64,000 bases of DNA. It comes from Mobula hypostoma (taxonomy: Eukaryota). A program made the position numbers and the translations under genes. Where the stretch lies: assembly GCF_963921235.1 (NCBI RefSeq), contig NC_086097.1:163992001-164056000 (forward strand). The letters run 5' to 3'. Below, piece by piece: positions 51,036-64,000 of the stretch; the first letter of the stretch is position 1, and each line of letters begins with the position of its first letter. The notes below the pieces were generated by a model. The model saw only the letters and a list, made by a program, of their open reading frames with translations, ran no database searches and was not told the DNA's origin.

Positions 51036-54000
51036 GAAGTCTTATCAAACAACCATGAAGAGTCTTTACCAGAAGGACAGTAGCTGCTCAGGAATGCAGC
51101 TACCCACCCTTTTTTATTGTACTTGGAAATCGGCTATTACAGAAATGAATAAATAAAACAAAAATTACTTAATCACAACACATATGAGAGATAAGGGGAG
51201 GTATAATCTTCACAGTGCATTAGCAATAAGGGTAGCTACTCCCTGAAACCACTACAGGGCAGAGAAAAGGACCCATGTATCATTACACTGCCCATTAATG
51301 ATTGATTCAAATAAAATTAATTTCAGCAGTTGGTGTTCATAACTTTCTGTTGTGTAATTAGAACAGGAGTTAAAAACTAGTCATTCTATTGTCGGCAATA
51401 TAATATTCACTATAATTTCCTCTCTGTGCAAATTAGTATAGTTGATAGCCTATTTATTTCCCTCAATTTGATGGCTATATTAACATGCATGGATAGGAAT
51501 GGATCTTCAGTTGCCCAGATTGTTGCAGCAGGAATAAAATCTTCAAATGTTTTTGACTTTAACACTTGTAGGAGCAGTTGAGCAGATTGTGTACAGATAG
51601 ATGTAAGGATGCAGCACCATGGTTCTTATTAGCAGCTCCCAGATCAGTTCCCATGAGCTTTACCTGATCTTATAAACCAAACAGAAATGTATCCTAGGAA
51701 CAAATCCCCATCCCACTGAACCTCTCTGCCGCAAACAACTTTTATGATTTAATTCTTTGTGTAAAACCAGAATGAAAAGAGATGTGAATTTAGCCAGTTT
51801 CAGGGTAGTATCACCATTACCAAAACAAAATCAGGCAATGGTTAACCGCAGTGCATGCGTAGACTTGATAGCGCCTCACTTCCTTAGGGCATTGTGTATT
51901 TACTTGCCCAGAGCATTGACAATGATTGCTATTATTTCATTGCCGTAAGCTACTATCAGCTCCAGGGAGCTGCACAGTTAGTAAGAAATGTATGATTCAA
52001 CAGGATCTGCAGTGTCAAGATCATTCTAAGCCAATTGTAAGTTTTTTCTTCAAAGCTTGTGGTTCCTACTTTGCACTAAATTTAGAAAGGTGAGAATAAA
52101 TCAAGTTTATGTTGAAAATTCCAAAGTTAAGCATTAATTAGGACAGAAAATAACTTTGCTGTTGAATTTCATCAAATTCGCAGTGTGCTATAAAACTCTT
52201 TTAAAAAATTGGGTAAATCCATTTCTAACCTTCAAGAACTTTTTTATATATTGGGTCCTTTAAAACTGTAAGGCTTTTTTTACCTTGTTCTTTCTTCACA
52301 ATATGTGAACAATAATTGAGTTCATATTTCCAGTGCAGCCTTTCAGTCATAATTAATATTTTATTGTAGCAGATTTTATCACTAAACAGTAGGCAGAGTA
52401 TTGAGCTGCACCAAAAGGGCAATGGTGAGTTATTGATGCAGTGAAAGTTCTCTGTAATGAGTTATGGTTGAAGGAGCACAAAGCCCATTTACAATATATT
52501 GGTAATATTCCATTGGAACCCATGACAGATTTAATCCCAATAATGAAGGGACACTGCGGAATTAAAGTCACAAATACCGAACACTAACACAGTGAGACGT
52601 TTAATAGCATTATCCTTATTATCTAATATATTGCTAAATTCGATATAATTTACTCGTACAAATCCCCTGATAATCAAATTCAGTTTTGGATATTTCTCAG
52701 GGTGTATATGGTCTTCCAAATATGTACCTGAGATTTCTGTAATGGGTAGTGTTGAACAATAAAGAGTTGAGCATGGAAGTATTACCAAAATTGCTGATAC
52801 TTGGGGAAAAAAAACAATTGGTAAGAATGTATTTCTTAACAGTACTCTGTGTAGGTCCTTGCATCAGTGTACAGTTGAAGATTTGGAAATCTAGAGGGAA
52901 TTCCACATTCAGACATTAAAACTCACCCTCTGATGTTGCGTCAAATGTGTGATACAAAAAGTTACATACTGAACTCCACCATGGAAAATCAGGACTTCAA
53001 TGAAACCGAATTTGAGAAGTGAAGGTGAACATTTCTTAATTTATTGAGATACAGTGCGAAGTAGGCCCTTTAGGCCCTTCGAGTCATGTCGCCTAGCAAT
53101 CCCCCATTTTAATCCTAGCCTATCATGGGCTATTTACAATGACCAATTAACCTACCACCTGTTAAATCTTTGGGCAATTACATGTGCAGATTTGCTATCT
53201 ACAACAGAGAATGAGCTTCTAAAGTGTCATACCCTACACCTGTCTTTCAGGTCAGATAATAGACCAAGAACCAATCTGTCATATTGAATGATGTAAAAGA
53301 TGTTGTATTTTCAGAGCAGTTTGAGAGTTAATAGTCAATATGTTCACTAGATTATACTAGAGATGATAGATAAAGGGAATGAATGTGTCTGGGGTAATCC
53401 TGTAAGAGCATATGATATGTTTTTTAAAGGCAAACTCTTTTCACATTTGGGTTTCCTTGATCAAGTTTTACTCTTACAGTTGGCACCCTTACGTCCCTCT
53501 TGCCTTGGCTTGAAATCATAAGGCAGTTCTTAAATTTGAAGACCCGACTCACCCACCCTTCCGCTTCCCTACGTCAACATAAAACCTTGGGTGAGCTTTG
53601 ATATGCAAATACACTTGATAATGTTTGAGATATTTCTTAAAATGTCATATTGAGGATTCTGATGGCTTTGGAGTAGAGTGACCTTTGCCCCAAGAACCTT
53701 TGAAAAAGCTGAATGTTGAAATCAATCCAAGGTTTAATGTAATTTGCAAGGCTAGCTTTGGTTGTGTATGTTGTGATCTTCACCCTATGCTTAGCATGGA
53801 ATTATTTTCATGCGCACGACCATTTGTTAAATATAAGCCAATTGTTTTTAATTCCAATGATGTAGTTTAATCGATGACATTATCTGCATGATCAAAGAAT
53901 CAAAAGCCAAATGCATAAAACTCCAATTATCTGCAACCTGATTGTTCAAAAATCCCCTTGATTCAGCAATTGGCTCACTCAGTACACAAAGTCTTTGTTA

Positions 54001-54379
54001 CCCATGACCTTTCAAGATGGCTGAGTATTAGTGGAAGTGTGGATGGCTTTACAGTCAGCACCATGATTGGCACTGGGGATATTGGGGTTCAGGAGCTTGT
54101 GTTGCTTTGCAGCCAGAATCAGGGTCCGGAGTGTAGTCCAGCTGTGCAGCTAAAGCTGTGGGTTGTAATACTTGTCTGTCTCAACCTGTGCTGAGAAATA
54201 CAATCTATAACTTGCAAGCTAAAAACCCTGCAATGTTTGCACACTTTAAACTTATCAACACTTAGCTTCCCCGCTCTCTTTAAACTCACTGGCTCCTCCA
54301 AAAAAATTCTTATTCCACTGTGTAATATGTAAAAATACCACCCAATCGTCTAGAAATCCAGCACCAGCAAATTTATGCC

Positions 54380-57300
54380 AAGATGGTGCCGTTGTGTTAC
54401 GAGCTCCATACCAACTTTACAGTATACTGCTAATTTCTACAATTTGCTTCGCAATTCTTGTTCAGGAAGCTGGTAGTCACATCAGATATGATTGACTGAC
54501 TCTTCTGAATGTTGGGAAGACGGCATTTACCCACTATGTTCCGCCTTTCCTACACTGGGAACCCCTGCTTACGCAATCAATGGGAGGCTCATTTTTTACA
54601 CCGCCACTACCTCAGAAGCGGCGCCGGAGGTGAGGGAGAAGGGCCGGCGTCCTGGTGAAGTTGAGATGTCGTACTAATTGGCCACCGCTCCCTAGCATAC
54701 TCCTGGCTAACGTTCAATCCCTGGACAATAGTTGTGTGAACTGAGAGCCAGAATCTCTTATCCACAGGAAACAAAGGAATATAACATTTTGTGCTTCGTA
54801 GAGACCTGGCTGACAGAGGAGATACCGGATCATGCCATCAAGCCCTCGGGGGTCTCCCTGTTCCAGGCAGACAGGTCTAAAAACCTCTCTGGGAAGAGTG
54901 AAGGAGGTGGGTTATGCTGCAGGGTCAGTAATGCTTGGTACGACCCCTGGAATGTGCATGCCCTCAATTCATTTTGTTCCCCAGATCTGGAGTACCTTGT
55001 GCTGCTGTGTAGACCTGTCTGGCTGCCTAGGGAGTTCACAGCGGTGTATATTCCGCCCCAGGCTGACACTGATCTGGCTCTCAAGGAACTGTATGAGACC
55101 ATCAGCACCCTGGAGACTGCTCACCCAAAGGTTGCCTTCATCGTCACCGGAGACTTTAATAGAGCGTTGCTGTCTAAAGTCTCTCCAAAGTTTTGTCAAC
55201 ACATCCAGGTGAGCACACGGGGTTTTAGCATACTTGACCACTGCTAGTCTCCCTTCCTTAATGCCTACAAAGCTTTCCTCCATCCGCCGCTTGGGAAGTC
55301 GGATCACTCTTCCATCTTGCTTCTGCCCATGTACAGGCAGAAGCTGAAACAAGAGGTGGTAATAGTTAAAACCGTCCACTGTTGGTCTGACCATTTGGTC
55401 TCCATGCTACAAAATTGCTTTGATGACGTCAACTGGAATGTCTTTCATGATGAGGATGTCCCCAAGTTCACAGAAGGGGTCACAAGCTTCATCCAGAAGT
55501 ACATCGAGGACAATGCCCCCCCAAAAATCAGGCAGGCTTCAGAAACCAGAAACCCTGGATCAACAGTTCCGTGCGAGCAGCACTTACCGCGTGAGACAGA
55601 GCTTACATTGCCGATAACCAACAAGAGCTCAAGAAATGCAGCTACGATCTACACAAAGTCATCAAGGCAGTGAAATGACAATGTAGGGATAAGATTCAGA
55701 TACAACTCTCCACCAACAACACATGCAGTTTATGGCAAGGTCTGCACACACTCACAGACTTCAAAGCTAAGTGCAGTGGTGCTGCCAACATTGTTGCCTC
55801 TATCCCAGATGAGCTAAATCTTTTTTTTACACTCAATTCAATGTCACCAACACTGAGTCCCTGAGAAGAGCCGCCGAAGCGACTGGCACCTTGGTCATCT
55901 CTGAGGCTGAAGTATGCAGGTGTTCCTAACGAGTGGACAGTCGCAAGGCTGCAGGACCGTACAGTATCCCAGGCGAGTACTCAGGATGTGCACGGCACAA
56001 CTGGCAGGTGTGTTGACAGATATTTTTAATCTCTCCCTCTCCCAGTGTAGGGTGCCCTTCTGCTTCAAAACATCCACCATTGTTCCTCTACCTAAAAAGT
56101 CCAAGATAACATGCCAGAACAACTTCAATAATAAGCAAATACTTTGACAGGCTGGTCAAGAACTACATCTGAAGCATGCTACCATCCACGATGGCCTCCC
56201 TACAATTCGCCTAACGACACAACTAATCGACAGATGACACAATAGCCAAAGCTCTACACACTGTCCTTACACATCTGGAGAAGAAGGATGCTTATGTGAG
56301 AATGCTGTTCTTGGACTACAGTTGAACATTCAACACCATAACTCCCTCCAGGCTTGACAAGAAACTCAGAGACCTCGGCCTTCACCCTGTCTTGTGCAGA
56401 TGGATCTTGGACTTCCTGCCAGATCACTGGCAGAACCTCTGCCCCTCTGACCCTCAACACAGGAGCCCCTCAGAACTGTGTCCTAAGCCCCTTCCTTTAC
56501 TCCCTGTATGCCCATGACTGTGTTGTCACCCACAGCTCCAAACTGCTAATTAAATTTGTTGATGATACTACATTTGATTTGCCTTATCTCAAATAATAAT
56601 GAGGCAGCCTACAGAGAAGAAGTCATCACCCTGACACACTGCTGTCAAAAAAACAACCTGTCCCTCAATGTCGCAAAAACAAAGGAGCTGGTTGTGGACT
56701 ACAGGAGGAATGGAGACATGCTAACCCCTGTTGACATCAATGGATCTGAGGTTGAGAGGGTGAACAGCTTTAAGTTCCTCAGCATACACATCACCGAGGA
56801 TCTCACATGGTCTGTACCTACTGGCTGTGTGGTGAAAAAAGCAGAACAGCTCCTCTTTCACCTCAGACAGTTGACGAAGTTTGCCATGAGTCCCCAGATC
56901 CAAAGGACTTTCTATAGGGGCACAAGTGAGAGCATCCTGACTGGCTGCATCATTGCCTGGTAAGGGAACTGTACTTCCCTCAATCGCAGGACTCTGCAGA
57001 AAGTGGTGCGGACAGCCCAGCGTATCTGTAAATGTGAACTTCCCACAATTCAGGACATTTACAAAGACAGGTACGTAAAAAAGGGCCCAAGTCACCCCAA
57101 CCACAAACCGTTCAAAGGTCAAAGGTACATTTAATGTCAGAGAAATGTATACAATATACATCCTGAAATGCTTTTTCTTTGCAACCATCCACAAAAGATA
57201 GAGGTGTGCCCCCAAACAATGGATGACAGTTAAATATTAGAACCCCTATGTTCCCCCAGCTCCCCTCCCGCCCACGTGTAAGAAGCAACGATCCCCCCTC

Positions 57301-58145
57301 CCCCTCCCTCCACCAGTGATAAAAAGCATCAGCACCCTCCACTGAGCACTCAACAGTGCAGCAAAGCAACAGCAAAGACACAGACTTGCAGTATTCTAAA
57401 TACTGCTCATTCACCCGGTATTCGACATATAACAGACATTCTCTCTCCCTAATAAGGGAGAAAGAGGTGTCTCCGTTTCACAGTGAGAGGGGAGACATAA
57501 CAAACAACTCACTGGTTTACAGTGTTAAAATGTGTTGCGTTGCGTTGCTTTTTCCAAGCTCTGTGCCCAAAGATCTCAGGTCTCAAGGCACACAGCCTTA
57601 GATCTTCTGACTCCCACGACACACCGATCTCCTGCCTGGATACCGACTTTTGATTCCCCCCCCCCCCCCACCACCAGTCCCCAGAGCCACAAAATCTCGG
57701 AGCTCTGAAGGCAAGTGAAACTCTGAGGCTGTGCCCTTGGCATGTAGAATAGTGGCCAGTCGTGGAACCCCGAGAGCAGGTCCCATTCCCACAAAGAACC
57801 ATAGTCAGCATATAACTCCAGGTCACGATATTCAAAAAAACCCTGAATGGGAAAAATAGAATTATTAAAGATAGAAATAGAGCTGTTCCAACTGCTACCA
57901 TCTGGGAAATGGTACTGCAGCGTTAAAGCCAAGTCCAACATGCTCCAAGACAGCTTCTTCCACCAGGCCAACAGACTGCTTAATTCACGCTGATACAATT
58001 GTATTTCTATGCTATATTGACTGTCCTGTTGTACATACTATTTATTATAAATTACTATAATTTGCACATTGCACATTTAGACAGAGGCGTAACATAAAGA
58101 TTTTTACTCCTCAAGTACGTGAAGGATGTAAGAAATAAAGTCAAT
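54380..58145 (+). mobile_element. Near-full-length degenerate Rex1/Babar LINE
   Basis: 5' end aagatggtgccg; [76 protein letters not shown] near 58134. Confidence 0.9.
57114..57884 (-). mobile_element. ~770-bp non-coding retro-insert nested antisense in Rex1
   Basis: Short TSD gttc (57110-57113, 57885-57888); the host sequence resumes across it. Minus-strand 3' end attaaatgtacctttgacctttgaac resembles Rex1-type tails. Confidence 0.7.
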
Positions 58146-58229
58146 TTACTTCCTGCCAGTGTTGGATGCCTGACTGTTGGCACCTAATAAGCACCAAAGA
58201 ACACTGACCTGAGCAACAGTGCACTTATT

Positions 58230-58670
58230 TATTTAGATGTACAGTGTGAAACAAGCCCTTCGGTCCCAATAAGCCACTCCAACCAGCAACCCACCTATTC
58301 ACAGGACAATTGACAATGACCAAATTAACCTCCTAACCAATACGTCTTTGCACTGTGGGAGGAAAGTGGAGCACAAAGAGGAAACCCACGTGCACATGGG
58401 AAGAACATACAAACTTTCTTGCAGAGGATATTGGACTTGAACTCTGAACTCCAGTGCCCTGAGCTGTGATACCATTGCAAACACGAGGAAATCTGCAGAT
58501 GCTGGAATTTCAAGCAACACACATAAGAGTTGCTGGTGAACGCAGCAGGCCAGGCAGCATCTCTGGGAAGAGGTACAGTTGACGTTTCGGGCCGAAACGT
58601 CGACTGTACCTCTTCCTAGAGATGCTGCCTGGCCTGCTGCATGATACCATTGCGCTAACTGCCGTGCTGC
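58230..58670 (-). mobile_element. HE1/V-SINE-like SINE interrupted by a Penelope mini-insert
   Basis: gtgggaggaaagtggagcacaaagaggaaacccacg..gaagaacatacaaact core. Confidence 0.75.
58479..58641. mobile_element. 163-bp Penelope-derived palindromic mini-insert
   Basis: 12-bp TSD tgataccattgc (58467-58478, 58642-58653). Same family as 48576-48729. 49-bp-arm hairpin at 58542-58640. Confidence 0.9.
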
Positions 58671-60904
58671 CGGTGGAGTATGTATTTATGCCCATAATGA
58701 GTCAAGTTCACATCTGAGGCAAGTTCAAAACTAGATTAGTATTCACAGCTCACTGCAAATGATCATCCAAATTTTGCTGAACAGAACGTTCTTCCATGTT
58801 TCTTTGTGGGTGGGAATCCATCTGGTTGGCATGGAAAAGAAATAAATTGATGATTCCTGGCATCAAAGAGTTTACAATCTTTCAATTTAAAACAGCGTCA
58901 ACACACTTTCTTTACGAACATGGCAAAATTTAGCACTAAGCTCTAAAATAGAAAGCATTACTCCTAAACCTACTAAGAGTGTAAATCTGATTTATTTCCA
59001 GTGGCAGCAGATGGACATCTTTTCTGCTTTGTTCTATAATAAGAGCACATGCTGTTCATCAAAATGTCACTACCTGGGGCTTTTAGACGGCTGCATTGAG
59101 GCAGCTCAAAGCCGACTACATTTCAGGCTTAAATCTAAATTGAAAATGTGGTGATAACACTGAATGTGTACTTTTGAAATTTAGAACATGTTGGCCCAGA
59201 AACGCAAGTATATCCTAAAAGGAGCAATGGAAGGGTATAGCAAAGGGCTGTTCTAGTTTCTGGGCTTCTTCTGTACTTCAGTAGGACCTCATCTCAAAGC
59301 CTCAGATGAAGTTGACTGGGTGCTGTGTGTTTCTCATGTTGTAAATGTCCCATATGGTAGAGAGACCAGACTAGGAAGGGCTGGCCCTCACAAGTCCCAT
59401 TGAGCCAATGCTGATCCCAGGAGATTGGGGGGTGGTGAAAAACTTGAATTCTGGTCTACACAGATGGTGGATGGTGGGGATGGGGAACTCAGGCTGCATG
59501 TAGTCACATTTAGAAAGGGGCATTGAGAACATGTATTGAGATATCAGAACTCATATTTGGACAATGTGGTGATGATTAGAATGCCACCATTACTGGGGGC
59601 AAAGTGACACGACAGACTGAGTGGTGAAGGTGTCAGACAAGGGGGAATCATACAGTGGTGGTGCAGTTGGGCGGTAGGAAGTTGAAAGTGCAGTCAAGGT
59701 GGGAGTGCAGAAAAGCATGTTATTGGCAGACGATAGAAGGCCATGTCTTTCCAAACAGTTCTCATCACTCATCTCCCAAGTCCCCCTATACACTCCAAAG
59801 AGAGCATTTTATACCATCCAATAAACCCCTGACGTAGAGCTCACAGCAGGGATGCAAGAGTGATACATACTTGAAGTAGAAGTCCATGGAGAGATGATGC
59901 TGTTTTCATGTTTCATTCAAAGAAATAATTGATCTTTAGCTTTCTAACAGTGAAAGACATCACGTCACACAATTGAATTTCTAGGCAAATATTCAATATG
60001 TTCATATTGTTGCAAGCTGCTTGTCATTGGTAATCCTATTAGTTAATGTGTGTAAAGATGTGAGAAGTTAGGGCAGTTGAAACATAATCTATTTAGTTTA
60101 CACTGCAGATGAATTCATGATTTCTAGCTGAGCCATTATATTTCCCTGGAGAGGAGTGTTGATCAACTCTTCTTTCTATGAAAGAGGGAAAATGCAGAAT
60201 GCCTAGAGAGTCATAAGGAAAATAAAGCAATAGGTGGCTGCATCAGCGTGCAGTACAAAGGCTGCAGGTCACAGGATTGAAGGAGGCTGCAGAACATTGC
60301 GGACTCAGCCAGTTTGATTCTGCTCACAACCCTCCCCATCATCGAGAACAGCTTCAAGAGGCAGTGCCTCAGGAAAATGCCATCCACCATCGAGGACCCT
60401 CACACTCTGGGACATGCCCTCTTCTCATCACTACCATCAAAGAGGGGATGCAGAAGCCTGAAGACGCAGGCGCAATGTCTTAGGAACAGCATCATCCTTT
60501 CCACCATCAGATGTTCTGTGAACCAATGAACACTACCTAACTTCCACTTTTGCACTATTTATTATTTTAATTTTTATTATAAACTATAGTAATTTTTTAT
60601 GTCTTGCAATGCCCTGCTGCCACAAAGCAAAACATTTCATGACATTCAGTATAATATCAGTGACACTAAGACTGGTTCTGATTCTGCTTTTCACAAATTC
60701 AGGTCAATGGAAACAACGTACAAGTGACCCCTACATTACGGAGAACTGCCTATGTTGTAACTACTGCATCAAAGGAAAGATTGTTATACAAAATCTGCAC
60801 GGCTATTGTGAATGCTTCGTCTTTTGCTATCCTTTATACCCAACCTTTGTAAAACAACAGTCACTGGATGCCATTGTGCACAACATGCCTTTTAAAGGTT
60901 ATTA

Positions 60905-61380
60905 ATGTACCTGTCCCAACCATTTCCTCTGGCAACTCATTCAACATACATACCAACCCCTGTGTAAGAGAAAATTGCCCTCAATTTCTCTTAAATTTTC
61001 CCCCTCTCATCTAAAGCCCCCAACATAATTGTTTCCCCAACTCTGGGACAAATGTTTTGTGCATTCACCCTGTCTAAGCTGCTCTAAACACCTCCATAAG
61101 ATCTTTTCTCAGTTTCCTATGGTCTAATGAAAAATGACCTAGCCTGTCTAACCTCTTGATAAAACTCAGTCCTTCAACACCCTTATAAAGCTTTTCAGTA
61201 CTCTTAACAGGCTGACCAAAATTGAAAACAAATTTCCAAGTCCAACCTCACCAATGTCTGAGACAATCACACCATGACCACCCCATTTCTGTAGTCAGTG
61301 CCCTGACTGAGGAAGGCCAGTGTGCCAACAGCCTTGGTCACCGCTCTGTCTGCATGTGACTCCACTTTCAGGGATCCCTC
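60905..61380 (-). mobile_element. Old CR1 fragment
   Basis: Minus strand has decayed KVESHADRAVTKAVGTLAFLSQG.EYR and CR1 C-terminal motifs. Confidence 0.6.
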
Positions 61381-63146
61381 ATCAGTATTGATGCATTCAA
61401 CACTGAGGCAAAAGGGTGATTTTATGGGCCTAGTGGTGTTTGTTCTGTCCACCATTTTTACTCTCCCTCCCCAGTATTCCACTTGTTTCTTTACCTTCAA
61501 CTTCCACTTCTGTGGTTGATCAGACAATTAAACACACCTCAAAGGGATTCAAATAAATAATAATGATTATTATTAAAACTGCAAAAAGTAATACATTTTT
61601 CCTGAAAAATTCTGGAAAATACTCGGCGGGTCAGGCAGCATCTGTGGAACGTGAAACAGTTAACATTCAAATGAAATGAATTGTGCTACAAAGCAGTAGG
61701 TTAGGAACAACACTTTGTTTCTAAAAATATATATCAGAAGAGGTTAGCTGGAGGCACAAGAGACTTCAGATGCTGGAATCCAGAGTAACATTGGAGCAAC
61801 TCAGCAGGTTAGACAATGCCTGCAAAGGGAAATGGGTAGTTGATGTTTTGAGTCAAGACTTTCTGGATTGGATGCACTAGTCTCTGACCTTGAGCGTAGG
61901 CCTCTGACCTTCAATACATATGGCAATGGGTGGGGGCAGAAGGTGGGCTCGAGCTGACCAATGATTCTCCATGGAGCCACCAGCTAGCAAGCTATGTGAT
62001 TTGGTTATTGTGTTGAGAATCCCAGGTGAAAATTACTGAGTGTTGAACAGAGAATACTCATCATACACACAACAACACATTTCACATCAGGTAAGTCAGT
62101 GATGATTGATTCTGATTCTGACCTCATGGAGAAAATGATTATTAGACAAACCTTATTTTTATTGAACCTTTCAGTTTCTCTTACACCGCCTCATTCTCCT
62201 TGGGAAAAAAATCTCTCCTTGGGGACATTTCTCTGCCTTAGGTCAGAATCATTTGATCTGAAGAACATATCTAAAAGGGATAATGAAATGCGTTAGTACT
62301 AAACTACTGTTATGCTAATTTCTGAATAAATTTTAACGCTAAAGGAGTTGCTGTTTACCATAATATTTACAAGTATAAGAGAACATTTCTTCTCATCTAA
62401 AGATTTCTATAACTTTTCAAATAGCTATCCCCTTGAAGAGGAATTGTTGTGAACACTCTTCACTCTCATTGCTTGGCTTTTAAAGCCTGAAATGACTTGA
62501 GAACTTTATTGTTTATTCAGGCTGCTGTGTCCACCACAGATGGGTCAGTGATTCCACCATCCCTCACCAACCTTTTAATTTCTAAAACAAAGGGCAGTGA
62601 TGAGTGCAGACGTGAAGGACTGATATGGATCATATCACCAGAGAAACCAGTCCAAAGGAAGTATTAAACCCAGCACATCAAAAGATCTGAATTAACAACA
62701 ACAGAGATCCCATTCATGAACCAGGATGCATTCATCTTTCGCTGTGGATTTAGTCTGCTACAGTTTGAGAAATCCCATATTCAGTTTTGCTCTTGTGTTC
62801 AGTGGTCGTCATCTAAAATATCATACATTTTATAACAGGACTGACGCTGTCTCATCACTGATATACTGTATGCATCAAGCTATTTTATCCCTTTTTTACG
62901 CCTGAGGTGATGAAACCTAGAGTGGAAAGTGTTTAATTGGCTGATCACAAGTGGGGGTTCCAGTGAGGTCAGCTGTGACCTGCAGCAGCCTGTTTCCATC
63001 TACCAAGCTTGTGAACATCAGCATTCAAATGGAGAGCCACCTCCCGGACTACTCCTGGGTTTAGGGGCTGGATGCACTTTGCAGCTGGTATTTTTCTGCA
63101 CAGCTCCATATATTTAGATAGGGCTGCCAGCTGCCATTAAGGAAGA

Positions 63147-63302
63147 GAACACAAAAGACTGCAGATACTGGAATCCTGAGCAACACACAAACCACTGGAG
63201 GAACTCAACAGATCCAGCAATATCTGTGGAGGGTTCACTGTCCTTTTCCTTACATAGACACTGCCTGATCCACTGGCCTCCTCCAGTGGTTTGTGTTTTG
63301 CT
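63147..63302. mobile_element. Older Penelope pLTR-derived inverted mini-element
   Basis: ctgcagatactggaatc..cacaaaccactggagga / tcctccagtggtttgtg inverted pair; related fragments at about 61605-61665 and 61755-61860. Confidence 0.65.
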
Positions 63303-64000
63303 CATTAGAAGTGAATGCAAGTGTCATTTATTTTAAATTTTATTTCAGTGATGTTGATACTTACACATAATTTGCAATGAAGATAAGTTTTTAAGTGAAA
63401 TGTTTATTTTTTTGTGAATATTTCTAAATGCTTCTAATATCAAAGACAATTTGAGATGAGTAAAAGACCTTTCACAGGACAAGCTGCCAGAAGGTCCTGA
63501 GTGCAGTATGGATGAGAGCTTAGTTTCTCCCACCTGACAATGCTTGCCACTTATGAAGTGCTCCACCACACAATTACAGGGTCTACCAGCAGTGTTCTGG
63601 GAGCTGCATGACCTCAAACACTGTTTGGAGCCTAGAGGTAAACCACAAGGAGAAGCTAAGAAGTGCTTCTATAGCAATTGCAATCTAGCCCAATAAGATC
63701 CAGAAATAGCAAGAGAAAAAAAATCTACAAATGCTGGACTTCCAACATTAAAACAAAAAAATGGCAAAAAAAAAATAGCCACTGAGTTGGTCACTTTCTA
63801 CTAAAATTCAGGAAACCGGCAGACTGTGTTAGCAACATGTTTTATTGACTTTACCTTCTTCATTTTAAAATAACTTTCCAAACAAGGATTGGTACTTGTT
63901 TAGATGACATGGGTTTATTTCACAAATCCCCCACACTCTAGGTCAGATACCACGAGAAGGAACGAGTAATGACACATTTGTTTAGGGGTGAGTTTCCTGT

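Noticed and set aside
53910..54370. Possible second MITE starting taaaactccaattatctg
   Set aside because: Could not identify a matching right TIR or TSD.
62080..62100. Consensus donor CAG|GTAAGT
   Set aside because: No upstream acceptor with a PTPR-like reading frame; such motifs occur by chance.

Overview
Eukaryotic (vertebrate) intronic DNA, most likely from a cartilaginous fish; this is inferred from the HE1/V-SINE-like, CR1/HER1-like, Rex1/Babar, Penelope and fish-type L1 repeats. The only host-gene sequence I can support is two + strand coding exons (13310-13511, 202 nt; 18983-19085, 103 nt) of a type IIB receptor tyrosine phosphatase fibronectin-III region, best matching PTPRM. Much of the rest is a layered transposon landscape: a full-length TSD-flanked but disabled L1 (2514-8391), a second antisense copy of the same L1 nested in a long CR1, several Rex1/Babar LINEs, an internally deleted Tigger/pogo element with a 110-bp-arm internal hairpin and a PIP-box, a hAT (Buster/Charlie) remnant, a degenerate R4/Dong RLE retrotransposon in a TAA-rich tract, and Penelope elements. 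Short TSD-flanked Penelope-derived inserts carry minimal hammerhead-ribozyme motifs or long hairpins. I see no prokaryotic features and no convincing wholly new gene system. The best leads are RNA-structure ones: the hammerhead mini-elements, an inverted L1 pair bracketing the two exons, and the long hairpins. Boundaries of old repeats are approximate, and family names come from motif recognition, not database searches.
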